DNA of 55,779 nt, the filler included, from Porpidia crustulata (Eukaryota), in assembly GCA_964255105.1 (NCBI GenBank). It is 5 parts of 5 records of this genome, joined end to end, with 100 filler letters (N's around TTAATTAATTAA, not from the genome) between each part and the next. Parts side by side here need not be neighbours in the genome. Positions count along the whole stretch, not along the records: positions 33,546 to 44,612 come from CAXUWE010000698.1; positions 44,713 to 55,779 come from CAXUWE010000699.1; 3 more parts are not named here. One strand, given 5' to 3'. Both the position numbers and the translations under genes were made by a program. The first letter of the stretch is position 1. Every line of letters starts with the position of its first letter. Positions 37,758 to 51,188 of the stretch are shown piece after piece. The notes beneath the pieces are model-generated. The model did not search any database. It saw nothing but the letters and a program-made list of their open reading frames with translations, and was not told where the DNA came from.

Positions 37758-40245
37758 ATGATGCGGGCGCGTGGAGTGAACAATCTAGGAATGTACCTTC
37801 TCTTGCCGCGTAGGCCTCTTATCACTTCAATTCGTCCTCAGTGCCTCAATGCAATAAGATGCTCATCTTCGATTGCCCTTCGTCCTATAAAACCACGTCA
37901 ATTCTTACCTCACCGAATATGGCCGGGGCAACGATCACAATCTGGGGCAGCTGCAGCGGTGTATGTGATATACTGTGTTTTCTAGGCTAGTGCTAACCTC
38001 AATAGCTTGGAGCAAGCAGCGGAGCCCGAAAACCTTGCGCAAGAAACTATAATCGATAATCTCGCCCCTCAGGAAGCCCAGCGACTATCGCGAGTCCGTA
38101 ATATCGGTATAGCCGTATAGAAGCTCTTCCCGTATAGATATTAGCATATAATGACACTTCTAGGCCCACATTGACAGTGGAAAGACCACTGCGACTGAGC
38201 GCATTCTATACTACACGGGGCGGATAAAGTCAATACATGAAGTCCGTGGCAAGGATGCCGTTGGTGCAAAAATGGATTCCATGGATCTTGAAAGAGAAAA
38301 GGGGATCACGATTCAGTCTGCTGCAACTTTCTGCGATTGGGTAAAAGTTGAAAATGGTAAGGAGGAGAAATATCACATCAATCTAATTGATACGCCGGGG
38401 CATATTGATTTCACAATCGAGGTGGAACGGGCTTTACGAGTCTTAGATGGAGCCGTAATGATCTTATGTGCTGTCTCTGGCGTACAATCGCAAACTATCA
38501 CCGTTGACCGGCAGATGAAACGGTATAATATTCCTCGACTATCATTCGTTAATAAGATGGATCGTATGGGCGCCAATCCTTTCAAAGCCATTGATCAAAT
38601 CAATCAAAAACTTAGAATCCACGCGGCCGCCTTGCAAGTGCCCATTGGCATGGAAGATGGCTTCAAAGGAGTCGTAGATCTGGTTTGGATGAAGGCCATA
38701 TACAATGAGGGGCTGAAAGGCGAAACTATTGTCGAGACGGATGAAATTCCTGATAGTGTGCAGCAGCTTGCAAAGGATCGAAGAAAGATGTTAATTGAGG
38801 TGCTGGCCGATGTGGATGATGAGATTGCCGAGCTGTTTCTTGACGAGAAGACACCAACCCCAGAGCAGATCAAAGCTGCCGTGCGACGTGCCACTATATC
38901 CTTGAAATTTACGCCTGTCTTTATGGGCTCTGCGCTTGCTGATAAATCTGTTCAACCCATGCTCGATGGAGTTTGCGATTACCTGCCCAATCCTGCAGAA
39001 GTTGAGAATCTAGCTTTAGACAGACGGCGTGCCGAAGCACCGGTCAAGCTTGTATCATACAATTCTTTACCTTTTGTCGGATTAGCATTTAAGCTTGAGG
39101 AGAGCAACTTTGGCCAACTCACATACATCCGTGTGTATCAAGGTTCCATACGCAAAGGCGTCAACGTTTTTAATGCTCGAACAAACAAGAAAGTCAAAGT
39201 CCCTAGGATTGTACGAATGCACTCGAACGAGATGGAGGATGTCACAGAGATAGGAGCAGGAGAAATATGCGCGGTTTTCGGTATTGACTGCGCGTCTGGA
39301 GATACCTTTACAGATGGTACACTTGGGTATACTATGACATCCATGTTCGTGCCTGAGCCTGTCATATCCCTCTCTATCAAGCCGAAAGACAATAAAGACC
39401 TGTCCAACTTCTCGAAAGCCATGTCACGCTTCCAGCGGGAAGATCCTACCTTCCGTGTACACGTTGACATTGAATCGAACGAAACCATCATCTCCGGCAT
39501 GGGCGAGCTTCATTTAGACATTTACGTGGAGCGTATGCGGCGAGAATACAGAGTCGCCGTCGAAACCGGTAAGCCCCAAGTAGCTTACCGCGAGACCATC
39601 ACCGAAAAGGTGCCATTCGACCACCTTCTCAAGAAGCAAACCGGAGGCGCCGGCGACTACGCCAGAGTAATGGGCTGGATGGAACCAACCGGCGCCCTCG
39701 AAGAGAACCACTTCGAAGAACAAGTCAGCGGCGGCAACATCTCCGAGAAATTCCTCTTCGCCTGCGACAAAGGCTTCCAGATCTCGTGCGAAAAAGGCCC
39801 CCTCGTCGGCCACAAAGTGCTCGGCACCAAAATGGTCGTCAACGACGGCGCCACCCACATGACCGACTCCTCGGAAATGGCCTTCAAAATCGCCACACAG
39901 CAAGCCTTCCGCAAGGCCTTCACCGCCGGGCGCCCGCAGGTGCTGGAACCGCTGATGAAGACGACCATCACGGCGCCCAACGAGTTTCAAGGAAACATCG
40001 TCGGTTTGCTGAACAAGCGCAACGCCGTGATCAATGACACGGAGATCGGCCCCGAAGACTTCACGCTCTATGCCGATTGCAGTTTGAACAGCATGTTCGG
40101 GTTCTCGACGCTGTTGCGGGCGGCGACGCAGGGGAAAGGGGAGTTTTCGATGGAGTTTAGTCATTATAGTCCGTCGCCGATGCAGATACAGAAGGAGCTG
40201 ATTGCGAAGCATGTGAAACAGTTGGCCGAGAGGAATAAGAAGTGA
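37758..40245 (+). CDS. MEF1: Mitochondrial elongation factor G1, 3 exons
   Basis: Arg-rich presequence; [52 protein letters not shown]. Introns 37961-38005 and 38115-38163. Confidence 0.96.
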
Positions 40246-41070
40246 GAATTTTGGGAAGGAAGTCGTGGGATTTTGTACCAAGAGGTTTCACGCATATTGA
40301 TAATACCATCCGCTCTGGGGTATGGCAAGTATTTTTGCATTGGTTTTGGAGTCGTCGCATTTGCAGGTGTTATTCAGTGGCTAGACTTATAAGGGCTTCC
40401 TACCCGTATGTGTATCTTAGTTAATCTTCCCCTGCTCAATGATGTTCTTCATCATTATTATTGGGCCCCATTGCGAATTATCTAACTGAACTATGTCCAA
40501 GAGGGGCTTCGGGGATTGCATACGGTGAACATTCACTTCTAGACATGGTTCGAGTTCCAGCAACTACGTTGAAGTATTATGTGATAATCCATGTCTTGTG
40601 CACCGTCCTCTCATCAATTATTCCTTGTGCCTGAATAGAAGAGTTTACCCACAATATGGATATAAGCCGTCATGCCTTCTGCCCTCGGCCTAAACATTCG
40701 TCTCTCAAATCGCTTTTACATCGAGAGCAGATCCCAAGGTATCGCCATCCATATCGCTCAAGCTCTCGATGGATCGATCGCGTCTACGGAGTTTTTAATG
40801 GGCGATCTCGTCATTTTATTTTGAAGACCGGGGCTTCGAATGGATTTTTTTTCCGACTTGTCGAAATTGTGGTAGCAATAGGAGTGCGGGCCCGAAAATA
40901 GTAGGTCTCAAGTATTGTTTCATGTTGTGCCTGGAGGTTTTCGTGGTTTGGGTGCTTGACCCTCTGATGCGTTTCTGGTCCAGTATCGTGCGACAGCGAT
41001 TGACTGCACTGTGATGGATGACAGAAGATCCAATGTATTCTGTCCTTTCATGGACAAACCGCTGACGCGT

Positions 41071-42111
41071 TCAAGAACGAGTATCTTCCATCAGCCTTCC
41101 CGCCGCCTCTTCATACCCTTTCCACGTCCGCTCCACGACCTCTTGAGGCATCTCCACACCTTCTTTTCCCTTCAATGCCTCCCTGACTAACCAGTCCCTC
41201 AAAACTTGCTTATCTAAACTATCCTGACCTCTCCCAATTTCATACTTCTCCGCATCCCAGAAGCGACTACTGTCGGGTGTTAAGACCTCGTCAACCAGCA
41301 CCACTGATGGCGGCGAGGTAGTTTCGTCCAGCCCGAACTCAAACTTTGTATCAGCGATGATGATACCTCTTTCAATGGCATACGAGGTAGCAGCACAATA
41401 AAGCTGTAGTGAGAGACTGGCTATTTGATCTGCATAATTCTTGCCGACAATCTCTGCCGCCTTTTCCGGACTGATATTCTCGTCCTTCGCCCCAGCTTCC
41501 GCCTTGGTGCTTGGTGTCCATAGCGGTGTCTCAAGCTTCTCACTCTCTCTTAGGCCTTTTGGCATACTAAGGCCATGGACCGTACCCTCTTTCGAGTATT
41601 CACTCCATGCACTGCCGGTAATGTATCCTCGAACAATAGACTCAATTGGAAGGATCTTGAGGCGCCGGACTTGCATACTACGATTCTGAAGGGTTGGAGC
41701 GAGTGAAGATGAGGCAAGAGCAGAGGGGAGAGAAAGCGTCAAGAAATGTGTTCGGAGTGAGGGAAGCAGGGTGGGAAGGATCCGAAACCAGAAGTGAGAG
41801 AGGGTGGTTAGGAGGGCGCCTTTATGAGGGATGCCATTTTTTAGGATCTAGGAAGAGTGGTTCAGCCTACCGTGGATCTGGAAGAGAGACATTGACGTAC
41901 TACATCGTAAGCGCTGACCCGATCTGTTGCTACAAACAGTAAAGTATAGTGATCGATTTCGTAGACATCGCGTACTGGGCAAAGTCAATTTTGGTGTTGT
42001 GAGGGTTAATGTAGAGACTCAATGGTACAAAATACCTTTACCGCTACCTACCAGGCGGAAGTACTTGGAGAGATCGGTGTGTGTGACAACAGAGCTGGTA
42101 TCAGCCATCAT
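41071..42111 (-). CDS. ADE1: SAICAR synthetase (PurC family), 3 exons
   Basis: GSGK|VRDVYE, VATDRVSAYDV|ILKNGIPHKG, ESIVRGYITGSAW, TPSTKA, IIADTKFEFG, DEVLTPDSSRFW, SLDKQ. Confidence 0.97.
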
Positions 42112-42464
42112 GCGTTATGTGAAATTCGGATGAAGCTTTCGCTCGATTAGTAGGGCACAGGGAGCGGCAACTAATCGCGAGAGCCGCCCTCAAGCGCTTC
42201 GATACGTGGACACTGCAGACTAGGTTCAGCATGAAATCTCTTTAATGATAATTTCCCTTTTCATAGCGTTGTCAAATGGATCACTGGTGTTGGAGTGACG
42301 GGCTATTGAGTGTTTGTTCATATTATTATTGTGACTATTGCATCTTTAGGTCGCTCCCGTACACGTGCCGTTGTACATCCTGATTTCTATATCCTGCATA
42401 CGACGATAGCCGCGAGGTTTTGGAGTTTGGTTGCATAGAGCGCTTACAGGTAGCCCGGAAAATT

Positions 42465-44115
42465 ATGGAGAAACGGAAACCCTCGACAAGAAATCGTGGT
42501 GAGCCCCCACTGAAAAAACGTCAGTCGTCACCGCCCCCTCCACAGCCTCCACAACGTCCGAAGGCCCCGGTTGAAGAAGGCTTGCCTGTGAAATTGAAGG
42601 ACGGACAGCCACTTCCCACCTTAGCCGAGCAGCAGGATGCCAAACTGTCCATCGCCGAGTTCCAGAGCATTGCAGAGAGGTTTGTCAACAAGAATCTTAC
42701 ACGGAGAATATATCTGGCTGACGGATCTTTGAAGCGGAATATTGGCGATCGCTATAGAGCGCTCCCGTCAGAAGTGGCTCAATGAAGGGGTCTTTGAGAA
42801 GTACTGGGCTAAGCCTTCCAAGAAGAAACCCCAAATAGATGCTCCAAATCCTGCCAAGGAGTCTATGACTAAGCTCGGCGTCTGTTCTATGATAATCGAA
42901 CCCCATGTCTTCGAAATTATCTTGTATAACGTTAAGGAGCCTCAGCCAATTTCCTCCACGGCTAATGTCCAACCATCGCCACCACCCAGCTCAGAATTCA
43001 ACCCTTTTCAAAATCATAGCACTTACCAGACTCCACTTTATCATGCGCGACATCCTCCAGCCCCCCAGTATTCCCTTCATGGGCAACAAAATCAGAATCC
43101 TTCTCGGCTTACGCTACCGCCTTTCAAAGAAGGCTTCGGTCAATTTGGGCCTCAGGGCCCAGGTCCATTACATCATCCTCCGGTTTCTGCATCCAAGCCC
43201 GTCATGCCGCCACGGAAAGGTCCGCCGACATCATCAAAGCACGACGAAAGCCTAGATCCGGGTGTAAAACCCAGTCCTGATCCCGTGATTCAAATGCTGG
43301 CCACAAGGGCGGCGTCGGATCATAATTTGAAAGCGTTGATGAAAGTGGTAGCCTCTGGAAACGCATCCCAAACGCAACTAAGGGACTTTCAAAACCATAT
43401 CGATGAGCTGAATGGTATAATCAAATCTCGTGACGTGCCATCACCACCAGCGCAGTCCCAGCACTCGCCGAGACCTCCCCCCGGCAGAGGGTCGGATTCT
43501 AAGACCCAGACCCTGATCTCAGCCTCTACGCTAGGTATGGCACAGCCGCCGCAATATCCATCACCAATATCACACTCTTTACCCCCACCACCTATCAAGC
43601 CCGAACCGCATCCCCAATACTTCTCGCTCGTTGCTCCACCACCTAAATCCAAGGCTCCCGCCCCCTATAAGTCTGAAATCAGCGCCATCGTGTTCGACTT
43701 TGGCACCGGTGACCGCTTTCTCTTTCCCCGCTTCAGTATCCTCGAATACCTGCCCGGCGGTACTCAAGTCCTTGTCTCCTTCCTCGTCATCCGCAAGGGC
43801 AGTACCGCGATATCAGGTACCTACAACAACAACGCGAGCTATTTCCAGCCTGTCACGATGCGGTTATCTACCCCTCACCCCAAGACCCTGGAACCGCTGG
43901 CTAGAGTCGTTGCGCCAGTGGATGAGGTGAGGAGTTATATGAATAGCGTATTTGACAAGATGAACCGGGCTGAGGGCGTTTTCCTCGCTACGCGGCTGCC
44001 GCGGCCAATCGACGACGCTGAGGTGTACAAGACTGGACCGGAGGTAGAGGCGAGTCAGCCTATCGTTAGTTCGGTCTATCCACCGCCAAATACTCTTGTT
44101 CCTCTGAGAGCATGA
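42465..44115 (+). CDS. SWC3: SWR1-complex subunit Swc3-like protein, 2 exons
   Basis: FQSIAE-S-GILAIAIERSRQKWLNEGVFEKYW across intron 42680-42734; PDPVIQMLATRAASDHNLKALMKVVASG...FQNHIDEL; GDRFLFPRFSILE. Family recognised from motifs only. Confidence 0.72.
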
Positions 44116-44612
44116 ATACCTAAATAAAGAATCATGCACTGCTCGTGCATGCTGCTACGCATCCTCCAGAAATTCTATCTGCATTTCTAAAACCCACTCC
44201 TACGATCAGAAATTTATTCTAGCGCACTCATGTAGCTTACTGTATCGAATTATTGTTGACTGTAACGCGGGTCTGAAATGGATGGTGTTTGGTACATTGG
44301 GCGTCCGCTTAGAAGTTTCAAATTCATTGTCTCAAAGCTATGAATAATCGAAACAAACGTTAAAATGAACATTTCGAGTTATGGGGAGGTTCTCACATAT
44401 ATCTATCATTAATAGCATTACAGCCACCAGTCTAGATATGAGAAGAGACTCAAAAGCGTTGGGCAAAGCCTGAAGCGACGAGATCGAACGCCCAAAGCTC
44501 CGCATCGATACCGTGTAACGCCCCTGCTATCACCACCACCGGCCAGCGCACCCTGGTCCTAGCTCATCCAACCGATGCCACCCACCCATCTCCTCCGGCT
44601 GGTCCTACATTC

Positions 44613-44712
44613 NNNNNNNNNNNNNNNNNNNNNNNNNNNNNNNNNNNNNNNNNNNNTTAATTAATTAANNNNNNNNNNNNNNNNNNNNNNNNNNNNNNNN
44701 NNNNNNNNNNNN
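44613..44712. other. Artificial contig-join spacer
   Basis: N44-TTAATTAATTAA-N44. Confidence 0.98.
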
Positions 44713-44970
44713 CGACTACACCATACGCCACGCAGCTCGATGGGCGTCTATGAGGGGTATTTTTACAAATCTGCAAGGGATTAGAGATGCTGAACAAGAA
44801 GTGTAGTTAAAATCTGTATTCTAGCGTCTAGGTGAAAATGGAAGGTCTAACAACAGCGCTTGTGGTGTATAGTGACTCCGGGTATCGCTGCAATGAGGTC
44901 TAAGTATGTGTAAAAATCACCCTAACGTCCAAAAATTTATCCTCGTAATCCGTTGAGTCCAAAACCCCGC

Positions 44971-47032
44971 TCACGTCCCTGATCCATCAAGAAGAGGTTT
45001 CGACGAGGCCGGGATAGCCCAGCAAAGGCAGTACCCATGCCGCAGCGTCGAGAACCCTTTCCTGGAACCACGGGCCGTCGCATTGGGTAAACTCTGCTCA
45101 GCCAGTGACTCTCGCACAAATGGCTCCGGGGCCGTGTGCATAGCTTCTAGCGCCCGGGATCCGATATCGCCCAACTCGAAAGAAGGAGAAATGAGCGGTC
45201 TCATACGCCTCCGTACCATCGTCCGCTGCTCGAATGCATACGCTAACCCGATCAGCGTCTCCTCGCTCCACCGCCTCCCCAAAAAAGCGATTCCGAATGG
45301 AATGCCGGGACCCACGGATACCATCGTCCCCTTGGCGTTCATCACGACCGGGGTATCGGCGGGGTAGAAACCCAGGGGGACGGTGATGACGGGTAGGCCG
45401 GCGATGGCGGGGAGATGGAACGCTGCAAAGGTTGGCATGATTAGGGCGTCCAGGTTGTACTTGTCGAGAGCACCCAGGATGCCGTCTTCTTCCGCCATGC
45501 GGAGGTTGGCTTGATAGGCTTGGAAGGATTCGGGAGAGGAGTTGGTGAGGTTGCGGGCGAGCTCTCGGTCCCAGACGTAGGTATCGCGGTCTGGATATCT
45601 CTCCCGTGGATCGTGCCTCGTGAAGCGAGCGATATCGTTGAGATTATGCACGTTATTGGGATTTGAGACCAGGGATGAAAGATATTCGGAGAGGCCTGCG
45701 ATAAAGTCGGTGCCTAGGACGATGCTGGAATTGCGGCTGAACGCTGGGACGTCAAAGGAGGGGAAATTGGCCGGGTCTGTGGTTGTGGCGCCGGCGTCAC
45801 GGATTATTTGGAGGGCTTCTTCAAAAGCCGACATGATGGGGGCTGTGAGGTTGTCCAGGAAATAATCGATTCCATTGCGCGGGATGCCGATACGTGCTCC
45901 TTTTAAAGCGGAATACTTACATACCTTCACGTAATCAGGAGGGGTTTCGAACGGCTGAGCAGATGTCCAGTTATCCAACTTATCCTTTCCTGCCATTGCA
46001 GCGAGAAGATACGCAGCATCTTTCACTGTTGAAGCAATAGGCCCTATAGAATCCTGGCGAAGACTAATAGGAATTACCATGTTTCGAGATGTCAGGCCAA
46101 GAGTTGGCTTGACGCCGACTACATTATTTCTTTCAGCTGGGTTAACAATGCTACCGCTTGTTTCTGTTGCAAGGGCCCCTAATGCCAGGCCGACTGATAC
46201 AGCGACTGCACTGCCGCTGGAGCTGCCATGAGGATCTTGCACTGGATAGTATGCAGCATGCACTTGACCACCGTAGGCGCTCCACCCATGGGAAGAGCTT
46301 GCTCTGCGTGACCGCATTTGCGCCCATTCGCCCATGTTGGCTTTCCCTAGAATGATCGCTCCGGCGTTACGTAATTTCGAAACAACGGTTGCTTCGCGAG
46401 ACACTGTTGCCCCCAGCAGAGCATAGGATCCAGCTGTCCAATCAGAAAATTAGATGGTCAGAAAAAGTATATTTCAAGGTTAGTCACCTGTATTGTCCAT
46501 TTGGTCATATGTAGCAATGTTATCCTGCCGATGTTCAGCAGGGATTTGTGACTTATCCGAGCAAAGTCTTACTTTTACCAATATTGGAATTCCATGGAGT
46601 GGGCTGACCTTCATCAGCAATGGCTGGACTGATAAATGGAACCTTGACTGACCCTCGTATTTGACCAGCGGCTCGTTCTGCATCCAGGCGCTGGGCTATG
46701 ACCAATGCATCCGGATTGATTTTGCCAACAGCGTGAAGCACAGAGTAGACTTCTGACGTTCGCTCAATGAATGCCTTGATTAATCAGGTTCATATTGTAG
46801 AAGAATATAAATGGGTTGAACTTGCATGCACAAGATTGACACTGGTGAGGGCGCCATCTTCAAGGAGAGTATTAATCTCTTCAATACCAACTTCTTCTAG
46901 GCGAGGAAAACGAATTGGTGATTGTATCAATGGGTTCTGACGATACGGAACATTGTTCTTCTTGTGCAACTCTATAGCCGCAACAAGAACGTGAAATTGC
47001 AGGAGTCTAAGAATTAGCTTGAGCAGGCGCAT
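44971..47032 (-). CDS. Secreted amidase-signature family hydrolase, 5 exons
   Basis: Signal peptide; PLHGIPILVK|DNIAT (catalytic Lys); GKANMGEW; GSSSGSA and ETSGSI (the two catalytic Ser positions); LAYAFEQ. The first intron requires a GC donor. Confidence 0.93.
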
Positions 47033-47820
47033 TGCGCTGCCAGTAATGTTATGGACGTACTTTCAAACTCAATGACTCAGGAAAATCGAGATGATCTTAG
47101 AGAAGAAAGTACTAGGAGAATGCTTGAGGAGGAGGAGAAGAATGAGAGTAGGTGAGGACTTCGAAAGAAATTCGGTGGGAAAGACGTGGGAGTCTTTCAG
47201 TCTTGTGGTCACCGGGTGGGATAAGAATACCCATTGTAGAATGCCCGTGTTACATGATAGTAACCATGGCCCAGCAATTTCGTAACGCTTGTTCGGGAAT
47301 TCCAGGGTCCAACTAGATATCTATCTAAGTATCCAACAAAGGCTCGATAGAGCTAGGGACTAGAAAGGTTGATAGCGCTGGTCATACAAAGGAGGCGATA
47401 AGGAGAAGGAGCGGCTCAACCGACATTGCTGCATTCAGATTAGTCCATGTAAGAAGGACTAGAAGCGCCCATAATTGAGAGAGCTTGCGCGCACTCAAAG
47501 TCTTGATGCAACCGTCAACATTTGTCGCACAGTGGAAAAAGGCAGATCCTTGAAGCGGACGGTAATTACGTAGAGAGCTGGGCACGTGATGACGCGATTG
47601 TACACTAGGCATTGGTGCCTTGTAGGGCTTATCGATAGGAACTTGGAGAAACCATCAACCATCACGTCTATAATACACCCAGTATGTGTTCATCCCAAAG
47701 TACTTGATGGTGCTCATCATCAAGTTCCTCAGCTTGCCGGTATGATTGATGTTATATCAACTACACGGACCTTTCAATATGCATCTGTAGAAAGGCACTC
47801 AATTGGCTTTGAAAGATATC

Positions 47821-50800
47821 ATGGAAGACTCAATCATGGCTGATGCTGGAGTATTCGGCAGTCGCGACGAAGGAGGAGTATCAATAGAGCACGAGCTGGA
47901 TGAGAAGTAGGATTTGCTAGACATCAATTCTCTAGCTACTCTATCTAAAGATAATTCTCTAGGTATCCGCACCGCCCTCACAATCATTCCGAGACCTTTC
48001 CATTTCATGACTTATTCTTGACTTTGTTCAATCCTCTCAATGAAAATAAAAAGAAACCAACCGGTCCGACTCAAGCAAGAAGGAAATTAGGACCTCATGG
48101 ACCATCGAACCGAAACCCCCACGAGATACGCCGAAATATTGTCGAACGCTTTATATCAAAATGGCGCAAGGAAGTTGGCAATGACATATACCCTGCGTTT
48201 CGACTAATCATCCCCGGGAAAGACCGAGATAGGGCAATGTATGGTCTGAAAGAAAAGACTATTGGCCGGCTTCTCATCAAGATTATGAAGATCAATAAAG
48301 ACTCAGAGGACGGGTTTAATCTTCTTAATTGGAAGCAGCCAGGGCAGAATTCGGCGAGTAAAATGGCAGGCGACTTTGCTGGAAGATGCTTCGAGGTCAT
48401 TTCCAAGCGTCCTATGCGAACAAAAGTTGGAGCAATGACGATTAGTGAGGTCAACACGCTACTTGACAAGCTCTCCGTAGCGCAAAAGGAAGAAAACCAA
48501 CAGCCACTCTTCGAAGAATTGTATTCACATATGAATGCCGAGGAGATGATGTGGCTAATCCGTATTATTCTGCGTCAAATGAAAGTGGGGGCAACTGAGA
48601 AGACGCTATTCGACATTTGGCACCCAGATGCAGAAAGTTTATATAATGTATCATCTAATCTACGCCGTGTCTGTTGGGAGCTGTACGATCCCTCTGTCCA
48701 CCTCGAAGGGGATGACCGAGGCATCACTCTCATGCAATGCTTTCAACCACAGCTAGCACAATTTCAAATCAGTACATTTGATAAGATGATCCAAAGATTG
48801 AGACCTACAGAAGACGATCCTGTCTTTTGGATTGAGGAGAAACTCGACGGTGAGAGAATGCAGCTTCATATGGCAAGCGATGCTAGTGTTCCCGGTGGTA
48901 AGAGGTTTGGTTTCTGGTCTAGGAAAGCCAAGGATTATACCTACCTTTACGGAAACGGATTCATGGATGAGAACTCTGCATTAACGCGGCACATTAAGAC
49001 TGCGTTCCATGAAGGCGTAAATGACATTATTCTCGACGGCGAAATGATTACCTGGGACCCAAAAGAAGACGCGATGGTGCCATTCGGTACGCTGAAGACG
49101 GCCGCAATAGCTGAACAGAAGGACCCACATTCTGATGGTCCAAGGCCATTATACAGGGTTTTTGATTTGCTCTACTTGAATGGGCAAGCACTCACAAATT
49201 GGACGCTTCGAGATCGTTACAGGGCCCTTGAAGCAAGTGTCACATCTATATACCGCAGAATGGAAGTACATAAATACAAAGAAGGTACGGCCGTGGCTGA
49301 CGTGGAGAAGCTACTTCGCCAGGTCATACTGGAAGCCTCTGAAGGGTTAGTCCTCAAAAACCCACGGTCACCATACCGCTTGAACGATCGCAACGATGAT
49401 TGGATGAAGGTTAAACCCGAGTATATGACCGAGTATGGTGAGAGCCTGGACTGTGTTGTTATAGGTGGATACTATGGCTCAGGTCATCGGGGAGGTCGAT
49501 TATCAAGTTTTATGTGTGGGCTGAGAGTCGATGAAAATCAAGTATCGCAAGGAGCCAACCCCATGAAGTTTTATTCTTTCTTCAAAGTTGGAGGGGGCTT
49601 TACAGCAGCAGATTATGCAGAAATTCGCCATCATACTGACGGCAAATGGAAGAAGTGGGATCGCAAACGTCCACCCACGGAGTACATTGAGCTGGCGGGT
49701 GGTGATCTGCAGTATGAGCAGCCGGATGAATGGATCAGACCAGACGAGTCAGTTGTGGTGGAGGTCAAAGCAGCGTCTGTAGCATTGACTGATCAATTCA
49801 AACTGGGAACGACTCTTCGATTCCCAAGATTCAAAAAACTCAGGCTCGAGCGTAATTGGCAAAACGCCCTGTCAATATCCGATTTTCTAGCACTACAGAA
49901 GAACGTTGAAACTGAGCATAAAGAAAAGCAGTTCAAGGTCGACGACCGCAAAAAACAGAGGCAGAAGACTTCTCACAAGAGACCCCTCACAATAGCAGGG
50001 AGTTCACAAGTATTGACTACTCCTTTTGGTGGGCCCGCTACCAATATATTCGATGGCCTTCATATCTGTAAGTTTGGGGCAGGGAGGTATGCGAACGATA
50101 CTAATGTAGCATATGGACATCATGAGCGAATCTTTGAAACCTAAGAAAACGAAAGGCGAGCTTGAACAGATTGTAAAGTCCAATGGCGGGATGATCCACC
50201 AAAGTGACCGTGTAGCACCAAACACCATGTGTATAGCAGATAGAGGTAAGCTATTGTCTGCATTGTCTGAGCTTGTACGTTAATGAATATTTTCAGGTCT
50301 TGTCAAGGTTGCTTCGTTGAGAAAGCGTGGCGAACTCGACATTGTGCGACCAGCGTGGATTTTCGAGAACATCATGCAAATCGAGGCTGACGGAGACGTA
50401 CCACGATTGCTTCTGCCTCTGGAACCGAGGTTTGCGCTGTGAATTCTTGCCTTATATCTGCTCATAGTGATTAGGCACATGTTTTTCACTAAGCAAGATT
50501 CCCATTCGGTGATCGAAAGCAGCACAGACACGTATGGTGACAGCTTCGCTAGAGATGTCAGCATGGACGAACTCAAAGCGGTAAGACTGAATAGGTCGTA
50601 ACCCTGTGCTCACCGTTTACTGATAATCCAGAAGATCTTCAACGACATGCCAGATAAATACGAGCATACATTCAGCTCCGGCCAATTCAAGACAGAACTG
50701 GCAGATCATGGCCACGATCTCGGAGAATTACCAGGCTGGATGTTCCTGGGCCTCCTATTATATGCAGATTACCAAGACTCATATATTTCCAATGGTTCCG

Positions 50801-51188
50801 TGCCTGTGACTCAGGCCGTAGAATCTGGAGAATCTAAACTTAGAATGAAACAAGCTCTCACCACCGCCAAGTTTGCCGGAGCTGAATTTACGACCGATCT
50901 ATCAGCTGAAGGCATTACACACGTCTTGATAGGAAACGACAAGAGCCGAGCCAAGACCCTTAGAGAACTGATCTCCAAGTACGTCTTATTGGAATCTTGT
51001 AGTCAAACTCTTTCGCTGACCAAATCCACAGACGGAAACGCCTCCCCCGGTTGGTGACAGTTGACTGGGTCGAACAAAGCTGGGTAGAGCAGACATTACT
51101 GGATGAGGACCGTAAGAATTCAGGGTTCATTGATTTTTTTGGAGAGCAGGATCTTATTAACACCTAAATAGGCTTTATCTTATCTTGA
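47821..51188 (+). CDS. LIG4: DNA ligase IV (NHEJ), multi-exon, with C-terminal BRCT domains
   Basis: DRDRAMYGLKE; adenylation motif EEKLDGER; ILDGEM; EGLVLK; WMKVKPEY; LRFPRF; BRCT-like ELEQIVKSNGG, VRPAWI and VTVDWVEQSW. GT-AG introns give a stop at 51186-51188. Confidence 0.96.

Noticed and set aside
11142..44668. TTAATTAATTAA repeated four times at about 11-kb spacing as a biological repeat or transposon target site
   Set aside because: It is always centred in 88 Ns, so it is an artificial linker.
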